The notes below the pieces were generated by a model. It was not told the DNA's origin. It ran no database searches and worked only from the letters and a program-made list of their open reading frames with translations. From a virus (lineage: Duplodnaviria > Caudoviricetes), in IMG/VR virus record IMGVR_UViG_3300028591_000161, positions 19,179 through 83,178 of that record: a stretch of 64,000 nucleotides of DNA. One strand, 5' to 3'. Shown here one piece after another: positions 46,503 to 54,647 of the stretch. The position numbers were made by a program, and so were the translations under genes. Each line of letters opens with the position of its first letter. Within the stretch, counting starts at the first letter, position 1.

Positions 46503-48926
46503 TTAATTGATTTCAGATGATTGGTTAATTTCATCCAAGAATCGTGCGACAATAGACTTCATCTCCGGTATAAATGCCTTCAATTCCTGAAGTGTTTCAT
46601 ATTCGGAAATTGTCAATTCACGATCATCTCTAGCCGCCATCAAGTCATTGAATCTGTTTGCAAAGTTTTCGAACTTCGTCTGCAATTCTTTGAATTGATT
46701 GCATGCCGTCGGATGTTCATAAATACATTTATCAACAATGAGACTGCATTTCAATGCTGATTCAGGTAACCAGTCTGCAATGAATGTCTGGAGCATCAAT
46801 GGATTTTTTTCATTGACAAACTCACTGAGTTCCTTCGCATTCCAGACTGTATCATCAACGTCCCACATATCAATGAGTCCACGACAAAGTCCTTCAAGAT
46901 CTTTTGGTTCTTTCGAGAATTTGTCTTTTAGTTTGCTGAAGAATCCTTCTTGAACGGGACGACCAGACTTCGCTTCGACCATCTTGAGAACACCAGACGC
47001 TTCAGCAACAAATGCTTGAATCATTCTCTTGACGGTCATAATCGAGTTCTTATCGATATCAGGACGAAGCATTGACATCAAATCCGACAAACAATGATTC
47101 AATTTCAAAAGCTGATTACGTTCTGTTTCGTCATATACTTTACCCATTTTGGATGCAGCGTGTACAACACGATTCAGCTTACGTCCTTCTTTTTTGAAGT
47201 CAGAGCAGATTTCAGCAATCTCAAGCTCGGAGCTATTCAGGATTCCCAACGCTTTTCTGAGGTGAACATCCAGCTCCCGGTTAATGTTACCTCGCGTCAG
47301 AAAAAAAGCTTCTTGCTGAACCCCTTCATCTTCCGGCGCTGGAGCATCATCGGTTGGAGGTGGTGCTTCCGCCATACCAGTGTAGTCACCCTGCAGGAAA
47401 GCCTTGATCTGCTGCATGGTCATGCCCTTCATCTTCTCCTGACCCTGTGCGAGCATTTCGTCCATGGTCATGTTGTCGAAGTCGGCATCCGATGTCTCTG
47501 CCGGTGCGGAATCGACAGTATCTTCGGTTCCTTCTGTAGGAGCATCACCAAGTTCTGCATTCAGTTCTTCCTCAGTGGGTTGCTCACCCTCAGAATCGGA
47601 TGCATCCATACCATCAATATTGATGTCATTTTCCGCAGCCGCATCATTCTGTGTTTCGTCAGCAACTTTCTCGGCAATCTGATCGGATACATTATTGGTA
47701 TCAACGACCTCTTTGTTCTCGTCTCCTTCTGTAGGAGCATCAGCAGCAGGATCACCTTCAGCTGGAGCAGCTGCTGCATCACCATCTGCGGGTGGAGCAT
47801 CAGTACCGTCACCAGCAGGCTGTTGCATGCCATCAGCAGGAGGAGCATCAAAGGATACAGATGCTGCATTCGGATCAGCTGCAGGCGGTTCATTCGGATC
47901 ACCGAAGTCAATTGCTTCCTGATAGAAACGGTCTGGTGCATGATATCCGGATGCGATCAATGCAGCCTCTTGACGGATTGCTTCACCCTTTGTCATGACT
48001 GAAAGCTTCTTGATTTCTCCGGTAGAAGGAGTGGTAGTCTCAACATTCTTTGAGAACCCGGTATCTGTCTGACCTTTGATAGAAGCATGCCATTCAATGT
48101 ACTGAAGATCGTCACCAGTACCGTCAAGCTCGAAGCCGACAGCAACACAAAACTTGTCGGAAGGCTTTGCAGGAATGACAAGTTCAACGGGAGTTACCTT
48201 CGACCAGATCTCTTCAGGAGTCTCAATGCCGACTTTGGTGCCGAATGCAGCATACGCAGCCCCTTGCATAGCATGATCTCGTGAAGTTTGCGCCTGGAAT
48301 GACATGAGGCTGTCAAGTTGCTTCTTCAGAATACGATTCTTTTTATCGACTTCAAACTTGACAGGAAGCTTGACAGTATAATCTTTACCGTTCAGCTTAC
48401 CAAACTCGATAGAAACACGTGCTGGAACACGGGAATCATTGACGGAGAGTTTATCGAAACCGAACAAACCTTCCTGAATGCAGTAATTTTTGTATGCTGC
48501 AAACTTGTGATTGGCGATTTCATGAACTCTGGTATTGTATGCTTCATCGGATTCACGCATATACTGCGTGGTTTCATTGTATGCTTCCTGAATGAAATCT
48601 TCGGGCGTCCGCATACCAACATACACAGTGTCAGATTCCTGAACAGTAGCATCTGTTGGAATGTTCGTGACACGGCCATCCAGAAGATTCATTTCAACCG
48701 CAGTGATCTCCGGATCATCTTCAAGCGGAATATCAATCTTTGTAAATGGACGCGTGCTGTTTGCTTCCGTGCCTTCGATTGAGAGGTCATCCAGTTCTTG
48801 GACCAGATGTGCATACTCCAGAATCGCATCATTCATTTGCGCTTCTTCATTCACGGCTTCAACTGCAGCGGCTTCTCCAGCCGCCTTTGCCCGTGCCTGA
48901 AGTTGCTCATTGATGAAACTAAGCAT
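46503..48926 (-). CDS. Probable internal head protein (807 aa), acidic with a long disordered Pro/Ala/Asp linker and repeated QE[AGS] motifs
   Basis: RBS AAAGGAG; motifs TVQES, FIQEA, CIQEG, IRQEA, FYQEA, VQQEA, PVQEG. Confidence 0.7.
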   Translation of the reverse strand: MLSFINEQLQARAKAAGEAAAVEAVNEEAQMNDAILEYAHLVQELDDLSIEGTEANSTRPFTKIDIPLEDDPEITAVEMNLLDGRVTNIPTDATVQESDTVYVGMRTPEDFIQEAYNETTQYMRESDEAYNTRVHEIANHKFAAYKNYCIQEGLFGFDKLSVNDSRVPARVSIEFGKLNGKDYTVKLPVKFEVDKKNRILKKQLDSLMSFQAQTSRDHAMQGAAYAAFGTKVGIETPEEIWSKVTPVELVIPAKPSDKFCVAVGFELDGTGDDLQYIEWHASIKGQTDTGFSKNVETTTPSTGEIKKLSVMTKGEAIRQEAALIASGYHAPDRFYQEAIDFGDPNEPPAADPNAASVSFDAPPADGMQQPAGDGTDAPPADGDAAAAPAEGDPAADAPTEGDENKEVVDTNNVSDQIAEKVADETQNDAAAENDINIDGMDASDSEGEQPTEEELNAELGDAPTEGTEDTVDSAPAETSDADFDNMTMDEMLAQGQEKMKGMTMQQIKAFLQGDYTGMAEAPPPTDDAPAPEDEGVQQEAFFLTRGNINRELDVHLRKALGILNSSELEIAEICSDFKKEGRKLNRVVHAASKMGKVYDETERNQLLKLNHCLSDLMSMLRPDIDKNSIMTVKRMIQAFVAEASGVLKMVEAKSGRPVQEGFFSKLKDKFSKEPKDLEGLCRGLIDMWDVDDTVWNAKELSEFVNEKNPLMLQTFIADWLPESALKCSLIVDKCIYEHPTACNQFKELQTKFENFANRFNDLMAARDDRELTISEYETLQELKAFIPEMKSIVARFLDEINQSSEIN

Positions 48927-48999
48927 GGCTTATTCTCCTTTACATTTTTTTTTTGAATAGAGACATATATCGTTTTCGAGTGTGGGGATATAATGGCTC

Positions 49000-49146
49000 T
49001 TATAGTATCACACCCATTGTTTCAAGGAAGAGTTCTGAAACCATTTCGGGTGTTAACTCACTAATACCGATGTCTTCCAATGTCAAATCACCCTCAAGAA
49101 CGGTGCCATTGATGGAAGGCTTGTTTTCGAGATCATTATAATCCAT
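49000..49146 (-). CDS. Small protein (48 aa, not in ORF track): MDYNDLENKPSINGTVLEGDLTLEDIGI...
   Basis: RBS GGAGGT; DYNDLxNKPxING motif typical of phage fibre/structural modules; TAA at 49000-49002. Confidence 0.7.
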   Translation of the reverse strand: MDYNDLENKPSINGTVLEGDLTLEDIGISELTPEMVSELFLETMGVIL

Positions 49147-49174
49147 AATTTTACCTCCAGAAAGGAATGATGGT

Positions 49175-51106
49175 ATGAATCCGTACAGAGAGTATCAGGA
49201 TCGAATCCTCAATATGTATATGCAGATGCATCCGGATCGAAATCCGGATAAAGTTCGACAGCATATACAAGAAATGACGGACCGTTCTTTTCGTGATATT
49301 CCATGCGAATTGAACAATAACATCACCCATGAGACAATCAATACAAGTGTATGCGCAACCTTTGATTGGATCGAGCAACGTTCACCGATTATCTCTGGCA
49401 ATGGTACGTTCTTTATGCAACATGAGGAATATCTTGCACCGATCGTGGTCATGCTTGAAACACTTCAGGCTGAACGTAAAGGCGTTAAGAAAGAAATGTA
49501 TAAGTATGATAAAGAATCCGTGCAATATGCTCTGCTGAACACAGAACAAGGTTCGATTAAGGTCATTATGAATGCTGACTACGGCGGGTCTGGAACGACG
49601 TTGTCACCATTCTATTCTTGTTACATCCCACCGGCAACGACGGGATCTGCCAAGGTTATGACCACAACCTTAATCTGCTGTTTGGAAATGCTCTCGGGAA
49701 ACAAAGACAAATGGGCCAAGATACAGAACATCAACGGGTTGTACGATTTCATCTATATTGTGTTGGATAATAAGGAAGATCGTCCAAATATGATTCATGA
49801 TAAATTCAGCATTGATGAAACTGCAGAAGCGTTGCTCAGCTTCGTATATGCATACACATTGACAGATGTTGAATATCTGAAGAAATTTCTCATGACATTA
49901 TCCGATGAGCAAATTTGTAAACTCCGGTTGGCATTCCAAGTCAAATATGTTTTGTCCACATATTTGGAAACCGAGATCAATGCGACGATGGATTATTTGA
50001 AGTCACATAAGATTGATTGGTCCAATATTACAAAAGAGACACTATATATTTCTGGCTTTGGTACAGAGATTCCTACAGAAATCAAAGACTATGTCGACCG
50101 AATTAGCAAGGTTGTTCTCGATAGTTGTTGTTATCCATTCATCCTAAATGACAATGAAGTTCGTGCGGCTGAAATGCAGAATCGTTTGATTGTCTGTATC
50201 ACAGATACGGATTCGTTGATGGTTCATTTTGCACATTATATAGACGAATTCCATTCCCGTGTATCAAACTTCCGTGATAGCTGTATTATCGCATCAGCAC
50301 TCGGTATGCGCCTGTTTGTCGAAAATATCATCCCTCGGATGGTTAGATATCTAACGATGGGATGCAATATTAAAGATGAATACTATCGTAAGAAGTTCGT
50401 CTTCAAGAATGAATTCGGATTCTTAGCACAAGCTTTGATTGCAAAGAAGATGTATGCATCGTCTATGTTTGTACAAGAGGGTACGCCGCGTAACATTCAT
50501 TCGATTGCAGTCTCCGGTTTGTCATTCAAGAAACGTGACTCGGCAGAGTTCCTTGAAGACATCATGGTTCATCTCTATGATAAGTACATTCTGACACCGG
50601 ATCATGTATCCGTTGAAGGTATCATGGATGAATATTATGCATTACGAGAACGATTGAAAGGAGAGCTCGAACATAATCCAAAGTTTTATCAGGTACTTGG
50701 ATTGAAGGACGTTTCTGCATATGATTCAAGCAAGATTCTACCAGAGCAAATGCGTGGTGCTCTGGTTTGGAACGAACTGATGCCTGATGAACAGCTGATG
50801 CCTATGGACCGCGTCATTGTTGTACGCCTCTCGTTTGAGAAGATGCAACAATATGCTTCACGTGATCCGAAAATTGCAGCAGTACTGCGAATGTCATTGG
50901 TCAATAATGAAAAAATGAAAGACACACCATTCATTTGTCTCCCTGAACATTATCGTGAGATTCCTGATTGGATTTCATTGATCATTGACAAAGAAGGTAT
51001 GGTCGACAAATTACTGACTCCATTCAAGCAACTGTTGAGTCTGTTCGATATCATGGTTGCTGATACAAAAGCTGGTTCTATGTCTTCCAGAATGATCTGT
51101 TTATAA
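49175..51106 (+). CDS. Family B DNA polymerase, C-terminal catalytic subunit (motifs B and C) of a split polymerase
   Basis: Motif B RKGVKK...KVIMNADYG, motif C ITDTDSL, KKMYA, SGLSFKKRD. Confidence 0.85.
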   Translation: MNPYREYQDRILNMYMQMHPDRNPDKVRQHIQEMTDRSFRDIPCELNNNITHETINTSVCATFDWIEQRSPIISGNGTFFMQHEEYLAPIVVMLETLQAERKGVKKEMYKYDKESVQYALLNTEQGSIKVIMNADYGGSGTTLSPFYSCYIPPATTGSAKVMTTTLICCLEMLSGNKDKWAKIQNINGLYDFIYIVLDNKEDRPNMIHDKFSIDETAEALLSFVYAYTLTDVEYLKKFLMTLSDEQICKLRLAFQVKYVLSTYLETEINATMDYLKSHKIDWSNITKETLYISGFGTEIPTEIKDYVDRISKVVLDSCCYPFILNDNEVRAAEMQNRLIVCITDTDSLMVHFAHYIDEFHSRVSNFRDSCIIASALGMRLFVENIIPRMVRYLTMGCNIKDEYYRKKFVFKNEFGFLAQALIAKKMYASSMFVQEGTPRNIHSIAVSGLSFKKRDSAEFLEDIMVHLYDKYILTPDHVSVEGIMDEYYALRERLKGELEHNPKFYQVLGLKDVSAYDSSKILPEQMRGALVWNELMPDEQLMPMDRVIVVRLSFEKMQQYASRDPKIAAVLRMSLVNNEKMKDTPFICLPEHYREIPDWISLIIDKEGMVDKLLTPFKQLLSLFDIMVADTKAGSMSSRMICL

Positions 51107-51125
51107 TAGTATAGGGAGTGATAAT

Positions 51126-51680
51126 ATGTTGGACGAAATATACTCGTGGCTTGAATCATACGCGGGTGTATCATTTGACTTCGATGAGAGTATGCAAGAA
51201 ATTGAAGGGCAGATTGCAATCATTGAGCCTTTCACTTGGCATGCTGGTGTCATCATTGTCCTTTCACAATTGGATGATGCATGTGATATCATCGACACGT
51301 ATTGGCGGGCTATTCCGGAAGGACTCCCGCCAAAGAACAAGATGAAGCGTACAATTACGCAACATTTGTTTGAACTGATTCTCAAGAATATCAATAACAT
51401 CTGTAACATGTTGAATCTGGATACTCCGGAAATCACAACGCTTGATGTTCTCAAGAATGTTATCGAAGCATTGTATGATTTGCTTCGGATGTTGAAAGAA
51501 CATGATACAGATGAGATTTCCACACGCGGCATGTATGAAGATCATGAAGAAGCCAACGACGATAGTTTCTCACAGTTGCTTGGTGTTATGAAAGAAGATA
51601 TGCCGCAACTTTCCATGGCAACCAATGCAATCATTGATGCATATTATGATGCATTGGATGTGAATGATAATATGCAATAA
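51126..51680 (+). CDS. Hypothetical protein (184 aa)
   Basis: RBS GGGAG; follows the polymerase gene. Confidence 0.8.
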   Translation: MLDEIYSWLESYAGVSFDFDESMQEIEGQIAIIEPFTWHAGVIIVLSQLDDACDIIDTYWRAIPEGLPPKNKMKRTITQHLFELILKNINNICNMLNLDTPEITTLDVLKNVIEALYDLLRMLKEHDTDEISTRGMYEDHEEANDDSFSQLLGVMKEDMPQLSMATNAIIDAYYDALDVNDNMQ

Positions 51681-51690
51681 TTCGGAACAT

Positions 51691-51700
51691 AATATATATT
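51691..51700 (+). promoter_or_regulatory. Putative early promoter AATATATATT
   Basis: Intergenic, heads the operon that includes the sigma-like and beta'-N genes. Confidence 0.4.
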
Positions 51701-51755
51701 GTTCTGAATAGGTGTAACCTTAACATACATTATATTTGAAAGGGGGCTGGCTTTT

Positions 51756-52346
51756 ATGCCATTCCAAAATTCATCAAATGGTTTCAATAACCAAAACAAT
51801 TCTCAGGGTGAGAAGAAGCGTACCAACTTCCCGGTTGGTCGTCTGTATGCAACGGATGCGATTCTTGATGTTCGTGTCTGGGTTACCGAGTCATCGGTGT
51901 TCACGATCTTCTCTGCAAAGCAGGCTGTCGGTAAGGATCCGTCAACCGGCGCAAACGTATATGAGCAGAAGATGCCGAATGAACTGCCGAGAATCTTCCT
52001 GAATCCGGAATATCTCCGTGCATTCCTTGAGGCTGCTAAGGCGCATGATATTACCAAGGGTGGTACGCTCACGATTTCGCCGAAGAAGGGTTCCACGCTC
52101 ACTGTCGTCGGTACTCCGGAAGGTCAGGTCAAGGTTACGATGGAGAATGATAAGGGATCTCGTACGGCGACATTCGAACCGATTCCTTGTGGTATGGGTT
52201 CTATCAATTCATCATGGAAGAACCTCATCGCACTTTGCGAAGTCGCGATGAAGAAGGGCCTGTACGCAAAACTGGATCCGGAGGAGTTCGGCAATGCACT
52301 TGCAGCATCCGCTGTGGAAAGTGACGACAACGAGCTTCCGATCTGA
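51756..52346 (+). CDS. Hypothetical protein, possible ssDNA-binding protein
   Basis: Acidic-hydrophobic C-terminal tip (ESDDNELPI) like SSB tails; strong C-ending codon bias; replication/transcription operon. Confidence 0.55.
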   Translation: MPFQNSSNGFNNQNNSQGEKKRTNFPVGRLYATDAILDVRVWVTESSVFTIFSAKQAVGKDPSTGANVYEQKMPNELPRIFLNPEYLRAFLEAAKAHDITKGGTLTISPKKGSTLTVVGTPEGQVKVTMENDKGSRTATFEPIPCGMGSINSSWKNLIALCEVAMKKGLYAKLDPEEFGNALAASAVESDDNELPI

Positions 52347-52969
52347 TGATTGACTTCTCCCATATCGGACAAGATGCATTCGTGATTCAATACGAGGACT
52401 TGATCTCGTTAATCGGATTGAATACCGTTCGATTTCTGCGTGAAAAACAGAATCTTCCGAATACAGACGATTTGACACTGGAATACTTGAATAGAACTGA
52501 CTACGATATCCCAAAGTTTATACAGACTCACAACTGTACATCTATGGTGATACCGGTGATACCGGAGTCTTCTATGTGGCATTCCAAGATTGCGTGTCGT
52601 CCGAATTTAGCATATGCATTCAAGATGATGCGCGCTGCTGCGGACAACGGCATTCATCGTTTTGTGATTCATTCGAATGTGTATTCTCCAGTGATCGAAG
52701 AATTTGTCAATGGGTTAGAAATCAAAACAACGTATGAGCACGGGGATATTGTCCCCGTGCTTCGTGCGTTACCCAATTGCACATATACGACATCGAATCC
52801 TGATAATATTCGGAAGTGTATGGATGTGCAAGTACCATTTGCACTCACGATTGTAGACGATTTTCAATATGTCGCTCCAATCGTAATGGATCAATCATTC
52901 ATTGACAAATTAAGAGAGAAGAATGTATACGTCCAATTCACCGGCGTGATATCCGCCGGAATTATTTGA
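52346..52969 (+). CDS. Hypothetical protein (207 aa; possibly degenerate HAD-like fold)
   Basis: TGATG overlap with the upstream gene; weak HAD-like pattern only. Confidence 0.7.
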   Translation: MIDFSHIGQDAFVIQYEDLISLIGLNTVRFLREKQNLPNTDDLTLEYLNRTDYDIPKFIQTHNCTSMVIPVIPESSMWHSKIACRPNLAYAFKMMRAAADNGIHRFVIHSNVYSPVIEEFVNGLEIKTTYEHGDIVPVLRALPNCTYTTSNPDNIRKCMDVQVPFALTIVDDFQYVAPIVMDQSFIDKLREKNVYVQFTGVISAGII

Positions 52970-52994
52970 TATCATCCCATTACGTCAGGAGGTT

Positions 52995-54635
52995 GTGGCA
53001 GTGGCAGAGCCTGTAAACAAAACGCTGTTGTATTTATATAATCCAGATGAAGTGTATGAATACAATGCGACCCATGGAACAAATTATCCGTATAATGGCT
53101 TTCCGACAGGTCAGTACGGAAGAAAGTATAAGAAAACTAGATTCATCAACTGGGAACCAATACCGGAAGATATTATCATCCGCCATACCGGTTCGCAGAT
53201 CTTTGTGAATTTTTCCGCATTGTTTCCGAATGATATTCCTGACCCCGCGATTCAACTGTTTCAGATGAGAACCAGAAGACTTGATCTTCAAAACCTCATA
53301 TGTGAACAGATCAATTTCTTTACGGCATTATATGATGACGATAATGATCTCATCACATCAATGTTGATTGCGAAACTTATGACCGATTCCCAGACATATA
53401 CGATCGTGACATTTGAAGAATATCAACAGCAGTTGTTCGACATTCTATTTCCCGAAAGAACTATCGCTAAAATCAGAAAGATGGTAGAAGAGAATGATGT
53501 CGGAGATGACGTCAAAGGTCTCTTCCCAGAGGATATGCCGCGTGATATCTTTATCGTTTCTTTCATGATAAAGGTCATGCATATCTTCATCGAACACTTC
53601 ATCATTTCAACGGGCAATTCCCCGAAGGATCTGTATGAATTGTTTGCAACGGCATTCACCAACATTATGAATCACATCAATCCGAACATTTACAAACTTC
53701 TGTATGACTACGTATACAACTCGGTCGTTCAGAGCTGCTCATCCAATTCTAATATTTATGACATGCAGGCAATCGACGGTGTCACAATTCCGACAACCGC
53801 ACAGTTTGTCATGCGAAAGAGTTTGCTTTGCGACGGCTTGATCAAACTTACCTTCGCTTCGGCGTGGGACAATCAACAAAAACGCCCGACGTTTTCATGT
53901 GTCGGTTTAATCAAGGCAATTATCACACAGGCTTCATTTGTCACAAGAAAGGTTCAACTCCGGTACACACTTGTCAATGTCGATGATATCTCTCAGCTTC
54001 TCCCAGATCAGATTTCAAATAATTCTCCGATCTCAACGATTCGGTCATTTAATCCGGGAGAATATGCATGCATTTATGAAGATCTGAAAGGTATCATTGC
54101 ACACATTGCAATGGAAATCGATGTTTCACCGGTGAAATTCTATCTGGAGAATCTTCCTCAGATGAACGACCTTTCAAAGGTGCTTGTGGAAGCTGTGTTG
54201 TACAATAAATTCCATTCATCGATCCCGATCAATGTGATGTCGATGTATCAGAAATACATTCTTCTCCTGTATGTACGTCACATGGTCATGCAGTTATATA
54301 ATTTAACAGAAGAAGACACAAAGTCCAATCTGTTGATCAATATGCTGATGGCAAAGACTGTGACACATACAACCAAGACTCTGACGGCGAAGGATCTGAA
54401 CTCCATCAAGAAGTTCGTGAAACTGAACAATCTTCGTCAATTCTTGTTGTCCGAAAAGAATGTAACAACATTTATCGAAGCAATCATGCATTCGGTTCTC
54501 TCGTCGTATACAATCGTCAATCATAATGATCCAGACTTGTTGAATACGACACTGCAGTATGACGCAAATTCAATGACGGTTGATCTTTTGGACCTGACGG
54601 TCATGCTGCTGGATAAGTGTGCACCACAAGGATGA
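52995..54635 (+). CDS. Putative sigma-like promoter-specificity subunit of the non-virion RNAP (AR9 gp226 / phiKZ gp68-like)
   Basis: By-eye colinear similarity to recalled AR9 gp226 (FVNFSALF, ICEQINFF...NDLITSML, KIRKMVEEND, NIYKLLYDYVY, LYNKF); directly upstream of beta'-N; RBS AGGAGG with GTG start. Confidence 0.65.
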   Translation: MAVAEPVNKTLLYLYNPDEVYEYNATHGTNYPYNGFPTGQYGRKYKKTRFINWEPIPEDIIIRHTGSQIFVNFSALFPNDIPDPAIQLFQMRTRRLDLQNLICEQINFFTALYDDDNDLITSMLIAKLMTDSQTYTIVTFEEYQQQLFDILFPERTIAKIRKMVEENDVGDDVKGLFPEDMPRDIFIVSFMIKVMHIFIEHFIISTGNSPKDLYELFATAFTNIMNHINPNIYKLLYDYVYNSVVQSCSSNSNIYDMQAIDGVTIPTTAQFVMRKSLLCDGLIKLTFASAWDNQQKRPTFSCVGLIKAIITQASFVTRKVQLRYTLVNVDDISQLLPDQISNNSPISTIRSFNPGEYACIYEDLKGIIAHIAMEIDVSPVKFYLENLPQMNDLSKVLVEAVLYNKFHSSIPINVMSMYQKYILLLYVRHMVMQLYNLTEEDTKSNLLINMLMAKTVTHTTKTLTAKDLNSIKKFVKLNNLRQFLLSEKNVTTFIEAIMHSVLSSYTIVNHNDPDLLNTTLQYDANSMTVDLLDLTVMLLDKCAPQG

Positions 54636-54647
54636 AAGGAGATTAGA

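Noticed and set aside
3459-51106. Split intein joining the two polymerase halves
   Set aside because: Neither fragment has Hint block A/B at its C-terminus or block F/G at its N-terminus.
52995-54635. Chimallin (nuclear shell protein), suggested by phiKZ-like synteny polymerase...gene...beta'-N
   Set aside because: The protein is Ile/Leu-rich and helical and resembles recalled AR9 gp226, not chimallin; no tubulin or shell gene is recognised in the window.
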